A DNA stretch of 62,699 bases, filler included, from Globobulimina sp. (GCA_003354225.1; 27 parts of 27 records of this genome joined end to end with filler, not necessarily neighbours in it), one strand, 5' to 3'. Shown: positions 35,221-47,127, numbered from the whole stretch's first letter. Translations and numbers: made by a program. The notes: a model not told the origin generated them from the sequence alone.

Positions 35221-36582
35221 ATGACACTTATTAACAATAATTTTAATTCAACGATATACGATTACAACTTAGTCTCAACAGATCCAACAAAATTGTTTTA
35301 TCCGGATCCATCAGCTGATGGTGCGACACCCAGAAATGGAAAAGGAACACGAGATCCAACACAACCTCGACAAACTCCACTACCAAAAGGAACCAATTCT
35401 AATGCATCATTTCCACCGCCTCCTTCTGCTAAGGGCGTCAATAAAATACCATGGCGAGAGGACGAAATTATATTTACATCAATACAATGTATCGCGTTTT
35501 TTATTTGCATCATGCCAATCATTATTTTCTTATATTTATATGCTAAGAAAGATAAAAGAGTGGTAAACCAAGCAAAAGGATTAAAAGTGTTTTTTGTATT
35601 TTTGATAGTGTGTTGTGTTTGTTTTGCATTGACAGCCTTGTTATCAGTCATAAATGCAATATGTTTGGAAGAGAATCTGTATGAATATGACCAAAACAGT
35701 GCTGCTTATAACTACGTTCAAATGCCATTGCAAATATCATGGGTTACAGCCCGGACATTGATGTATATTTTCTTTATCATTCGACTACATTTTGCGTATC
35801 AAACAAGTACATGGCAATATTCCCCAACGTTTATCGCAACATTGGTTGTTATAATATCCATATTAGGAATGTTTCAAATAAGCACTAAGATATTGGGACA
35901 TTTAGGAATGGTGCAAATATTCCAAGGTCATTACATAAGCATTATCATGCTCATAAAGGAGATAATTGTCTCCTTATTCTTATTGTATTTATTTATCCGC
36001 GTTTTGTGGATATTAATTACTACACAGTCAAAAAATAGATTCATTGAACATACAAAAAAGCACAGTCGAGGAACTGGAGAAATATCCATTGGAATGTCGG
36101 TACCAAAAAAGCGTCATAGTTCGTCATTTGCGGATAGATTTCGGTCCGTTTCTGTAGCCACACTCGAAGAATATCATAAATCTGAAGATATTCTCCAAAT
36201 AATCACAAAAGTAACGATTCTTACTTTTATTTCGTTGATTTCGACAGTGATTGTTCTGTGTGTTGAGAATATATTGTCGAGGAAAATTAAACATGATCCA
36301 ATTTATGATCATATTGTATTAGCTATGTTTGCCGTGGATTGCAGTGTCAATGCTGCTTGTATTTATTTATCGTTTTCAATGTCACAAAATCAGTATCGAT
36401 TCTTATGTAACTTAATGAATAAATTATGTTTAAAATGTTTAAAATTTATGGCAAATGCACGGGTTGCATGTTCAAGAGATATCGAAAGAGAGTTTGAAAT
36501 TTCCATGCGACAAAGTCGCGGTGTTAATGTAAAAGTAAATTCATCACAATGGACACCATCATCATGTGACATTAATTCATAA
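35221..36582 (+). CDS. 7TM GPCR-like membrane protein
   Basis: Seven hydrophobic segments, long third intracellular loop, TM7-like AVDCSVNAACIYLSF. Confidence 0.75.
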   Translation: MTLINNNFNSTIYDYNLVSTDPTKLFYPDPSADGATPRNGKGTRDPTQPRQTPLPKGTNSNASFPPPPSAKGVNKIPWREDEIIFTSIQCIAFFICIMPIIIFLYLYAKKDKRVVNQAKGLKVFFVFLIVCCVCFALTALLSVINAICLEENLYEYDQNSAAYNYVQMPLQISWVTARTLMYIFFIIRLHFAYQTSTWQYSPTFIATLVVIISILGMFQISTKILGHLGMVQIFQGHYISIIMLIKEIIVSLFLLYLFIRVLWILITTQSKNRFIEHTKKHSRGTGEISIGMSVPKKRHSSSFADRFRSVSVATLEEYHKSEDILQIITKVTILTFISLISTVIVLCVENILSRKIKHDPIYDHIVLAMFAVDCSVNAACIYLSFSMSQNQYRFLCNLMNKLCLKCLKFMANARVACSRDIEREFEISMRQSRGVNVKVNSSQWTPSSCDINS

Positions 36583-36792
36583 AGACATCAAAATGTTTTA
36601 AGTACAACTTTATTATTTTTAACTTTCAAAAATATTTTTAAACACTTGCCGTCGGCTTATACATAATGAATATTTGCTTCATTAAATTTTGTTGGTTTGG
36701 ACGTGTTCGATCAAGATTACTAGCATCAGATACTGATATTATAATAGATATTATTAATATTATCAGTATACGTATCTTGGACACAATCTCAC

Positions 36793-37126
36793 TCACTTAT
36801 CATCATCACTGGACTCTATCATATCTGTCCCTTTTGTGAACTCAGGATCGTCGGCTTGAAACACACAAAATATCAACACTTGATAGTCTGCTGTTACTGA
36901 TAAACTTTCTCCGTTATTTTCCCCATTGTTATCAGTGTTATCTCCTAAATCAATATACTGACTTCCTCGCGGCCTAAATTCCTTTGACTTCCATTTTGTA
37001 TTTGTCTTTTTATATTTTATCCTGCAGTCACATTTGAACAATGTAAAACATGTCAACTCAAACTTTTTTTTACATCCTGGACATAAAATCAAGCCATTCA
37101 GAACTTCATCAAATGGCTTTATTTCC
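36793..37126 (-). CDS. 3' fragment of a Cys-containing hypothetical protein
   Basis: CPGC..CFTLFKCDC; open to the contig edge. Confidence 0.4.
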
Positions 37127-37424
37127 NNNNNNNNNNNNNNNNNNNNNNNNNNNNNNNNNNNNNNNNNNNNTTAATTAATTAANNNNNNNNNNNNNNNNNN
37201 NNNNNNNNNNNNNNNNNNNNNNNNNNAGCATATCTGTCCCAAATGCACTTCTTGGTTGCCCTGCCGCTATTACTTTCCCCTGCAATTCGAACTCTGCAAC
37301 ACTTTGACGAAGCTCGCCGGGAGTGTACCACATTGCAAATCCTGGAGAACTGGGTGCCCATCCTCGTGCAGCATCATCATCAGTTCGCAATCGTGCGGCA
37401 ATGTTCTCATGAGCCTTGCACCAA

Positions 37425-37995
37425 TCCTTCAATGTTTTTACGTCTCAAAAGGATTTTTGAGTAGCTCCGTCCCAGTTTATCATCATAATATTCGTACGAT
37501 TTTTTAGCCCAGTCCAGGGCAAGATCCGTATTACCCAGAACTTCGTTCGCTACTGCAATATTGAGACTGGCCCTGCCCGCCGTTTTTTGTTTATTATGAT
37601 CTGCTAATTCAATCCATATCTCGATAGCACCTTGCCAGTTAGCTACTTCGGCCCGTCGGTATCCTGCTATAAATTGATTTTTCGCCGATCCGCTGGTTCT
37701 TTTATACAAATCTCTTCTAACTACATAGAAACCTGGCAAGAATCGTTGAATGTAACTGATACCAGCTGTATAGGCAGCTTCGGGAAGTGCAGTCGGTGGA
37801 AGAACGCCTCCATTGGTATCAAAGGAGTAGTAACTGGAGTGCTGGTATTGATCAATGATCGATTTTGATCCAGGATGATACAGGCGCCAATAGCATACCA
37901 CATTCATTTTAACCTGACTGGGTAAAGTTGTTTTTGGCGAACCAGTTGAAATGATTGAAGAAACCTGTTCTGTTGCCGTCGAAAGCAACAGATCC
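37425..37995 (-). CDS. Fragment of a Bacteroidota-type TPR lipoprotein (DUF6340-like)
   Basis: YWRLYHP..IIDQ, WQGAIEIW, AGRASLNIAVANEVLG..ALDWAKKSY..Y..IL..R. Boundaries approximate; embedded in a mosaic contig. Confidence 0.65.
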
Positions 37996-38021
37996 GAGCC
38001 GCCAGAGACCAGCAATACAAA

Positions 38022-39085
38022 ATGTACGGCAACATTAGTGATATGGGACAATCCATGCAATCGTTGACCAGTGACCTTGCCGGCTTCGGTTTGCGCGACC
38101 AAATGGACGACGTAACGTCGCCACTCAACGATGCAGCAATATCGCCAGAAAATGATGTATTGCACTTAGACAATAATACAAAACAGGAATTGGAGGATTT
38201 TAAACGAATGCAAACTATGGAAGCAACTGTCGACTTAGAAGAGGATATCTACGATCCCGATAACGATGTTTACGAAGCGGATCCTCATTTATCCAACAAC
38301 AGTTTGACCGATTTAATTGCGGGACAAAGCAAACAAAAAGAAGAGGAACAAAAGGCATTGTTACTGTTAAAACAGAAGAAATTCTTCCTGATGGATGATA
38401 AGTATCTATTTGAAGAGAACAATGCGTATAACAGCAAGATCCGCGACGAACTGAATGAGTTTATACCGCTGTTGCAATGGGACAGCAATATGATTAAAAC
38501 GTGGATTAAAAGCGATTTATTCCACATTGGCATCAATGATATCATTGACGATTATTTCCCGGATTATATCAATGGATATATGCTGCTCAATTTCATACGT
38601 TATCCGTATGAGATTTGTAAAAATAATTTGCGCGAAGGTGGGTATAAATGGCCCGACAGATTTTTCAATGGCTTATGGTTGGCGAGCAAGGTATGGCCAG
38701 TCACCATTGCAACCAATCAAAAAAAAAACATGTTTTCCTGATTGGTTGCATGCAATTTTTTCAATATCATGTCATTAAAAAAAAATCTCAGGAATTCCAT
38801 ACCAAATATTTATTAGAATTGGGTATCAATATCGTAGGTGAATGTTGTGGGCAAATCGCTGCATTGAAGATAGAATCCCATCGATTGTCGCACATCTTGC
38901 AAGAGAATGATATCGTATATGACCCGCAATATAGTAAACAGTGCGTGACGCAGGAGCTAATTGCGCCGGCTTTCGAGGAGTTGTTGGCCATCGAAGACGG
39001 GAAACATCCGCGTTGGACAGACAACGACGCGAAGCAGCTCAAGAGTTTGTACTTGCGGCTGGCGAGCAAACTGGAAGCCCAATGA
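38022..39085 (+). CDS. Eukaryotic SAM-like domain protein, 2 exons (intron 38691-38791)
   Basis: AAG|GTATGG..CTCAG|GAA joins LWLASK|EFHTKY in frame; SAM-like LLQWDSNMIKTWI..YINGYMLL. Confidence 0.7.
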
Positions 39086-39117
39086 GCACATTTTGTCGCA
39101 CCTGAGTCCAAAAGTAA

Positions 39118-39451
39118 GGTTTTCTTGCTCACACCTTAGCTCAGGCTCCTACATACCACCAAGTTGCTATCTTTTTGGCACTGTCGTTTCATGCCATAAC
39201 CCGTTGGAGTGACATACACAGAGTCAAGGTGAAGGATATCCAACGTCAAGATCACACTATGACTATTCAGCTTCATAAACGCAAAACAGATCAGTTTAGG
39301 AATGGCACCACGCTATGGCTAGCGACCACCCCTACATCTGACTCACCAGCATATTTATGGGACAGCTTTGAAAGAAGATACTCCCCACAAGATCACCATT
39401 ACATCATGTGTGACCACCAGACACGGGGGTCGCGGGGATCAAAGAAGAACA
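39118..39451 (+). mobile_element. Tyrosine recombinase fragment of DIRS-retrotransposon type
   Basis: LSFHAITRWSDI..VKDI (catalytic Arg box) and IQLHKRKTDQFRNG (KTDQ catalytic Lys motif). Confidence 0.75.
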
Positions 39452-39551
39452 NNNNNNNNNNNNNNNNNNNNNNNNNNNNNNNNNNNNNNNNNNNNTTAAT
39501 TAATTAANNNNNNNNNNNNNNNNNNNNNNNNNNNNNNNNNNNNNNNNNNNN

Positions 39552-41434
39552 TTATTTTGGTTGAATAAATTAGCTTTTATGCCGTGTAAAAACCGGACAA
39601 TAAGCTGCATCTTTGGGGAAATTGGCAGCCATAATTTGTTCCATTTTTGCACTGCAAGAGGCTGGGACACCAAACCATATCTTTGCAGCGCCAAAATGTA
39701 AATAATTGATAGCCCACAGTGCACGGTCTTCGATATGCCACGCAAACATACTGCGCCATGAACCAAAATATAAATATGGTTGGGTCACACCTTCGATTTC
39801 TAACGAAAGTAAGTTCAAAATGCTTTTCAACGCTCCTAAATTCCATGCTTGACTCGAATGAAATAATGAGCCAATGGTATCAGCGCCATATAACGGATGA
39901 CGATAAGTTAAATTGCGTTCAATCTCATGTAGGATTTCAGGCAAATGTTGTTCAATCTCATCAGCAGCGATCCACTCCATTATTTTTTTAATTTTTTTCG
40001 ATTCTGCAATTTCAGCCAATAATTCCAACCGTGTTTTCTCATAAAAATAAGCAAGAGACATTCGTTCATGTTCGACGACATTCACACAATGATAAACACC
40101 GCCTGCTTTTGCTATGGGTGATTGATACACATTTTGTCGGATTGGTGCACAAATTATAATATCTGATAAATATTTCACGTCTGAATTTGTTTCTTTTTCG
40201 TTGTTTTTTAATTTCGATGCTGCGATTAAATCGGACAAGGAATGCGATGCTCGACCTGAATAATTTGAGATCGATTTGCCATCTTCAAAATAACAGTCAT
40301 CTTCATACGAGGTCATATTCATTGAGACGGATGAATTTATTTTATTGTATGGTATACGACCAATACTGCGCAAATGCGATATATTTGATATTGCACGCAA
40401 ACGCTTTTCTAATTCATGTGCAAGCATCGGGGCACAAGTATCACTATTTGAGTTCGGCTTTTTTTCCATTTTAATTATAATTATTTCATTCGGATAAATT
40501 GTAATTTTATTATTTGACTCATCAGCAATTTGATTCTCATCATTTCCCTGGTTTATAAATAACTGGATATCGCATGAATTAATTACCAAATTAATATCAA
40601 TTATTTTCGCATGATACCATAAATGATCATAATTTAAATAAACATAAATATGAATACCAATATGTTGCGGTGATAATGTAGTAATTCTCTCGCCTGTCAT
40701 AGCTGTTTGTAAATCCATTTTATTTAATAATTGATAATTATCCGAGGCATTATGAATAATCTGTGATTTATCGTGCTTTCTTTTCATGTAACAACATGTA
40801 TGATTTGTATGAATATTAAATAATGAGTCATTCTCATCATCACCAAATATATTACACAAACTACATAAACATTCTGGGGTTGTGTTTGTGGATGATTTCA
40901 TATATTTATCTGCTTTCGTATCACGACCAAATTTGTTCTTGTATCTCATAAAATTGTTTTGAAAAACAGATTCTTTATTTAGTTTATTAACATCATGATC
41001 ATGCATATGATCACTGCTATTACTCGAGGTATCTTTTGGTGTCTAGTATTTTTGTATATGCATTAAAAAAAACACGAAATATTAATATATAAGTGGTGGA
41101 ACTTAACTTTATGTTTGCATTCATTCATGAAATTACCAGGACCGCAAAGACATTCTATAGAATGTCGTGGATTCCAACTGGGCGGAGGAATGATCTGTAG
41201 TTAAATAGTACAATATACAGTGGGAATTTATTGAAGAGAGTTGGTTGTATTACATTACATAAACCAACACATTCGTTTTGTTATTTTTTTACATTTAGTT
41301 TGTTATTGACAATATACAGTACGTACCTTACAGATCCCATGTTTTATTGCAATATGTTCAATCGATTTTATGTATTCTTCTGGATGAATAAACTCTTGAT
41401 ATGTTGGTCTCAAAACTGGGCAATATTCTGTCAT
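39552..41434 (-). CDS. KDM4: KDM4/JMJD2-type histone demethylase (JmjN + JmjC), introns 41195-41326 and 41043-41107, 3' incomplete
   Basis: Spliced JmjN MTEYCPVLRPTYQEF..HGICK|IIPPPSWNP; JmjC YGAD..GSLF, WNL, IEGVTQPYLYFG, FAWHIED, INYLHFGAAKIW, RHK. Confidence 0.9.
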
Positions 41435-41620
41435 ATTGGCTAGAAACGTCTACTCATTCAAGAGACAGATGCAAGCTACAGAAAAAACAACGACTTTTGT
41501 TTTTGAGTCAGTCCAAGAATCTTTAGTCTTGAAAACAAACTAAGGCAAGTGTTTCTGGCTTACGGTGTTATTACTCTGAGTTGTTTAAAACAAAACTAAA
41601 AAAAAAAACAATAAATCATC

Positions 41621-41776
41621 ATGCCGTCGAAATTAGAACTCGCTTTATGCGTCAGCAAAGGCTCAATGATTGATATTTTTGATATCCATACTGGAATACA
41701 CGTGCGTCATATGGCCGGTACTTTTGGCACTATCACCGCATTACATGATAGTTTATTAGCCTGCTGCGATGCAAAT
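41621..41776 (+). CDS. N-terminal fragment, possibly a WD40 protein (WDR18/Ipi3-like)
   Basis: IDIFDIHTG beta-propeller-like start; only ~52 codons visible. Confidence 0.4.
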
Positions 41777-41876
41777 NNNNNNNNNNNNNNNNNNNNNNNN
41801 NNNNNNNNNNNNNNNNNNNNTTAATTAATTAANNNNNNNNNNNNNNNNNNNNNNNNNNNNNNNNNNNNNNNNNNNN

Positions 41877-44101
41877 GAATATATCCAATCAATCAACGAA
41901 AATATCGAAAGAAACTCGAACATTATTTCCAACGGCAAACTATTTATAAACAAACAGCTTTTGATTACGATGATTTTTTGTTTCAAAATAAAAATGAAAA
42001 CTATAAACGAATACAAATTCGACCCACAATTCATTATAATCACGCTGCTGAGTGGAATATTGTCGATCTTTGTGATCAATTTTATGGCAAATACCATTCC
42101 AATCCATTCAATCCAGTCCATACTAAAAAAAAAATGAAAAATATAAATGCGGTCCGGTCATACCAAGAATGGAAGAGCGGAACAAAAATACTACAAAAAA
42201 CAGCTGCAGATACAGATACTAATACGGCTACAAACAAAAACAAAAATGCCGTCATGATCAAGCCATACCAAGCAACAAAAAAAAATGATCCATTCATATG
42301 CCCGCAATGTAACATTGATTATGATTCATATAAATCACAGTGTGCATATTGTGTGAATCAAAGGTGGCTACAATCGTTATTTGCAGGCATTGCAGTGGAT
42401 ATATTTGACAATGAAAACAAACGTTGGTATGTTGGCACCATAACCAAGGTCCTTAAAACAAAAACGCAATTATACGTTTTAGTGCATTATAATGGATTTA
42501 AATCACGTTATGAGTGGGTACAATTTAATTTTGCCGCCACCACTGCAATGGATAAGGATAAAGTAACAAAATTAAATAAAATAAAAAAAGTGCATGCTGT
42601 AACACCGCATCATCATTATGAATATAATACGCATAGCGATAGCACACAATGTACTGCACGAAAGTATAAAAAATGTGTGTTGTGTGATGTGAAATATTGT
42701 AAAATATGCATGAATGTAGATATTAATAAATATAATCAATGTAATAAATGTTTAAAATTAATTGAAAAAAATAAATGGTTGACAGAGGTAAAAGAAGATG
42801 ATAAAATGGATGTGTATTTGTATGGATATCGCGGTGCTAAATATAATCATCAATGGTATTGTGGCTGGCATATTGCTACAGTTATTCAGGTCAAACAAAC
42901 AGGAAAATCAGAGAATAAATTTAAACTATTTGTCAGTTTTGATGGCTTAGAATCAACCTCAGCTGAATGGATTGATGTGGATATTTGTTCGAAATTATTA
43001 GGGAACAAATTAAAAAGATTAAATAAAATGACATTTTTGCATAGTTACTTATTAGCTGACAACAAGAATATCGCTGTTTGTGTGGAAAAGGATAAGTGGG
43101 AGAAATGCATAGTATGTCGTCGCACATTTTGTGTTTGCTGTGTTGTTGGAGGTATTGTCATTGATGGTGTTGGTTATAAATGTTTTAAATGCGGAGTACG
43201 ACAAGAAAATAAAAATCTATTTCGTATTATTAAGCAATCGTTGTTAGGCACATTAATTCATATGAATATAATTTATAATATTTATCAATATTCGCAAGGT
43301 ATTACAGTACGATGTTGTAATCAAATGAAAAACTGTCAAAATGAAATTAATTTCGATACAACATTTGAAATGGAAGTAAATGCGCAACAAAATATTAAAG
43401 AATCATTGGAAGTGTATCAATATTATTTGTATAAAAACCAAACCACAAATACAAGCCCGAATGTTCGAGTTTATCTTTGTAATAGAAAAAGAAGAATATT
43501 TTGTGCTGGATGTAGCAAACATGAATTAATTAAATGTGTGTTGTGTAACAAAGCGAAAGAAGTAAAAGCCAGCTTTCAATGTGGATATAATACCTATAAA
43601 TGTCAGCATTGTGTAGAGTTAATAATAAATGAACAGCAAAGAAAAAGAAAAGAGCTGAAAACCGTGAAGGAGGAGACGAAAAAGGATAGTTTTGATAAAG
43701 TTGTGATGAATAAATATGTGGATGTTTCTTTTAAAAAGTTTAAAGATTTGGTGGTGCCGGAGATTGTATTAAAAAAATCCAAAACAAAACAAAATATAAA
43801 ATATGTTCGTAAAGTATTGGGAAAACATGGGATAAATGTATCTGAATTGCCGTATAATATTTGGAGCATGGAATGTAACTTAATGCCAAATTGTTATCGC
43901 AAATATTGTGCATTTTATCATAACGCGGAAGAGAAGGAGTTGGGGCGTGTTATATCAATGCTGTTTGAACAAAGAAAATTTGAACAACGCATTGTTAAAT
44001 CAAGATATTATGTGATGAGATGCAATGAACATTTGATGGATTATGATTTTCATTTAAAATATTTGGTATTAAGAAGGGGAAAATTGAGGAAATTTAATGT
44101 G
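41877..44101 (+). CDS. Multi-domain protein with two Tudor/chromo-barrel-like domains and several CxxC clusters (both ends open)
   Basis: RWYVGTITKV..VLVHYNGFKSRYEWV and GWHIATVIQV..FVSFDG..AEWI; many CxxC pairs; CCCH-like CNLMPNCYRKYCAFYH. Confidence 0.75.
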
Positions 44102-44201
44102 NNNNNNNNNNNNNNNNNNNNNNNNNNNNNNNNNNNNNNNNNNNNTTAATTAATTAANNNNNNNNNNNNNNNNNNNNNNNNNNNNNNNNNNNNNNNNNNN
44201 N

Positions 44202-44445
44202 CGTCTACTAAATAATACATATCTATTTTCTCAGCAGTATTAAATGAACCGTCAGTTAGATTAATATCATACACCGCCCCGAATAACTTGTTAGCTATCT
44301 TACTGTTAGGTATCTTAATAGTCTTTGAATACGTTGACTTTCTTTTATCGGGTTGGCTAATGTCCGCAACCGAATAAGTCAAAGAGGGGTTAATACTATT
44401 TAATAATGGTACTTGTATGTTGTTTAAAAATAGTTGCTCTTTCAT
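44202..44445 (-). CDS. Phage structural/tail-associated protein, N-terminal fragment
   Basis: LTYSVADISQPDKRKSTYSKTIKIP..NKLFG resembles marine Bacteroidota-phage structural proteins; ATG abuts the stop of the upstream ORF. Confidence 0.65.
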
Positions 44446-44915
44446 CTATCTACGTTGTCTATAATTATCGTTTGATAACGTTATTATTAAATCTACATTG
44501 TACAAGTTATCTACTCTATCCGTTTTAATTTGGTATGTATTACCTTGTATCTCAGCCACCGCAATAAGGTTTACAAAGATTTTACCACTCTCCGTTATTT
44601 CTTCTAAGTAAATCTCTGGACTTGTAAATAATTCCTCTAACCAAATACTTTGTTCCTCTGTAATATAGTCAGCATTTAATTGTATTTGATTGCTAGATTT
44701 AATATGGTAGTTTACATTTGTTCTGTCTGACTTGTCGTAGTTTAATTGACCGCTTGCATCTATTCTATTAGGATTGAATTTATAAGACTTCTTTTTAATA
44801 TTAACCGATTCTTTACTAACTAAATCAAAGTTAAAAGCATTAAACGCCCCTAGTTTATTTTGAAAGTGTAACCTACGTCTTGGATAGTCACACGCCTCTT
44901 GAATATTAAATGTAA
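44446..44915 (-). CDS. Phage structural protein, C-terminal fragment
   Basis: LHFQNKLGAFNAFNF..LNADYITEEQSIWLEELFTSPEIYL. The N-terminal part of ORF 44446-45015 appears to be unrelated flanking DNA. Confidence 0.65.
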
Positions 44916-45099
44916 GTAAATGTGGCTTTGACCATTTTACGATCAGAACAATTATTATTATCCAGATATTTGTCAACTTGAATACCATAGTGGTCCCAAT
45001 AATGTCTGCAAACAAACTAAGAATTTTGTACGATATAAATTAACTTTTTATATAGTCGACCAACGACTGACACAAAACTTTAAACTAAGCAAAACTTTG

Positions 45100-46227
45100 A
45101 TGTTTAACATTCAAACTCTGTTTACAATTATTTCATATGCAATCATATTCAATCACATACAGTTAAGCAATGCCATGATAGATGCAGCCCATGCATGTGA
45201 AGCAATAGTTAATATTTTGCCAAATTTCCATTGGACATCTCACTCATTTTGGACATTCTTACGCTCTAATTCTCAGCTTTCAGATTCCAGAGAAGTCTCC
45301 TTATGGATGTTTGAAGAATGTGTTAAAAGATACGAAGAATTAATTACACAAACAAATCGAAATCAAAAAATATTGACAGCACCCAATCAAACACATGATA
45401 CATTAATGCCGATTTCCTTAAACAAAAGCAAACATATCATGTTAGTGCTTGATATGGATGAAACACTTTTGTATCAAAGATATTCCATACCCATTTATTC
45501 AGAAACTGAATGGTTGCAATTGCACAAAACTATGGCGGATGTACATAATGCAAGAGATTTATCATTCAGTTTAAAGAGATCAAACCATGGACTTTGCGGT
45601 TATTTGGTTATTTATAGAACTTTTTTAATGCAATTTATAAGACAACATCATGCATCATCTCATTTTATTATTTATTCGTTAGCAAACACACAATTCTTAA
45701 TATCACATTTAATTGTGATTGAAATGTATTATAATTATGTTTATCGATTATTGAGAATACCTCAATCCTCTGAAATTCCATCCGTATTTAGGTTTGATTA
45801 TGTTATCACAAAACTACATGACAAACAACATCGGACTTTGCCCAAATCGCTACCTATAATGATGCAGTTAGTGGATCTATCTCGTTATGATAAAATTGTG
45901 ATTGTTGATGATATGGCTGGGAATATTTGGTCAAATGAAATACCACATATACTGATGAATAGTTCATGTGATATTTTTGCAATTCATGCACAGCAATTTG
46001 CAATGGAAAAGCCGGTATCAACGCACATTTATACCAATAGTGCTATTATGAAAAGCATCACAACATTAAAAATGCAGAGATATCTCGATCAGTATTTGTG
46101 GCTGTTAATGCATTTTATTATGCAAATTAACATATTTCCAGTGCTGAATGTTAATGACAGTCTGTGGTGGATGACACTAAACTCCACAAAATACTCTGAC
46201 TCTGAGAGCGATAAAAAAATAAATTAA
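45100..46227 (+). CDS. NIF/FCP1-like HAD phosphatase with a signal-peptide-like N-terminus
   Basis: LVLDMDETLL (DxDxT), VIYR..LMQF, IIYS, IVIVDD. Confidence 0.75.
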   Translation: MFNIQTLFTIISYAIIFNHIQLSNAMIDAAHACEAIVNILPNFHWTSHSFWTFLRSNSQLSDSREVSLWMFEECVKRYEELITQTNRNQKILTAPNQTHDTLMPISLNKSKHIMLVLDMDETLLYQRYSIPIYSETEWLQLHKTMADVHNARDLSFSLKRSNHGLCGYLVIYRTFLMQFIRQHHASSHFIIYSLANTQFLISHLIVIEMYYNYVYRLLRIPQSSEIPSVFRFDYVITKLHDKQHRTLPKSLPIMMQLVDLSRYDKIVIVDDMAGNIWSNEIPHILMNSSCDIFAIHAQQFAMEKPVSTHIYTNSAIMKSITTLKMQRYLDQYLWLLMHFIMQINIFPVLNVNDSLWWMTLNSTKYSDSESDKKIN

Positions 46228-46262
46228 GAATTTCCGCAGAAATTATAATTTTAAAAAAACTT

Positions 46263-46426
46263 TTGACTTTTTAGGCTTAAACTTCTAAACACTTCTTTTG
46301 TGATTGGCAAGGTTTTTGGGTTAGCTAGAATGGTTTTCAACTTTGAATACTAGGATTCGAATCCTAGGTCAACTTCGAATACTAGGTTAGAAGCAACTCT
46401 AGCTAACCCAAAAACCTTGCCAATCA
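46263..46426. mobile_element. Palindromic MITE-like element, family A, copy cut by the contig end
   Basis: Matches the 34163-34316 part of the full copy closely. Confidence 0.85.
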
Positions 46427-46526
46427 NNNNNNNNNNNNNNNNNNNNNNNNNNNNNNNNNNNNNNNNNNNNTTAATTAATTAANNNNNNNNNNNNNNNNNN
46501 NNNNNNNNNNNNNNNNNNNNNNNNNN

Positions 46527-46752
46527 CGATTCGACACAATATTAAATGTTTTTGATGATTTGTGAGCGAATTTAGTTGTTGAATTAATGGTTGTGTGTAT
46601 TCCTCCATCTCTGTCAGTAGCACAGATACTCGCCGATTTCTTTCCGATTGAGATATTGAATCATTGTTAAATGTTCCTTTGATTTCATTCACAATGTCTC
46701 CAACTTCATCGTTATAGATGTCATCAGATTCCATCAATTCATTTAATGCCAT
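46527..46752 (-). CDS. N-terminal fragment of a hypothetical protein
   Basis: ATG-initiated ORF running to the contig edge. Confidence 0.4.
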
Positions 46753-47127
46753 TTTTTATCAAAACTTAACTGTTCAGACAAATAAATTAATTGAAAGTAA
46801 AGTAAACAAATACAATCATAATTTACTATCATTATGTCACATTTGTATCAAGCGGAAGTAAGTGTACTCCATTACGATGCATGTAGAGTAGGCACTTTTT
46901 CTTCAGCGCTCAATTAAAATCGGTGTTTTTGCACAAGAAACGTAATTGCTGATAGAGAGGCGTTGTTGGGTTGGTTAAAAAAAAAAAAAAGAAGAAAGAA
47001 CCGAATGAATTTAATAATTTGAAAACTAAAAAAAAATATAAATAAAGAATTTTGTCGTGTGATCAATGTCGTTGATAATGAATTGAAACAGTATATATTT
47101 GTGTTACTTGAAAGTCGTATTCTGGAA

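Noticed and set aside
37407-38165. 252-aa ORF as a single gene
   Set aside because: Its N-terminal part is antisense to the eukaryotic gene starting at 38022; only about 37425-37995 looks like a real bacterial protein.
38701-38790. Programmed frameshift at the poly-A run between ORFs 38022-38741 and 38648-39085
   Set aside because: A canonical GT-AG intron (38691-38791) joins them in frame.
39552-39585. Alternative genetic code with TAA read as sense
   Set aside because: TAA terminates several clearly complete genes in the window, and long conserved ORFs have no internal TAA or TAG.
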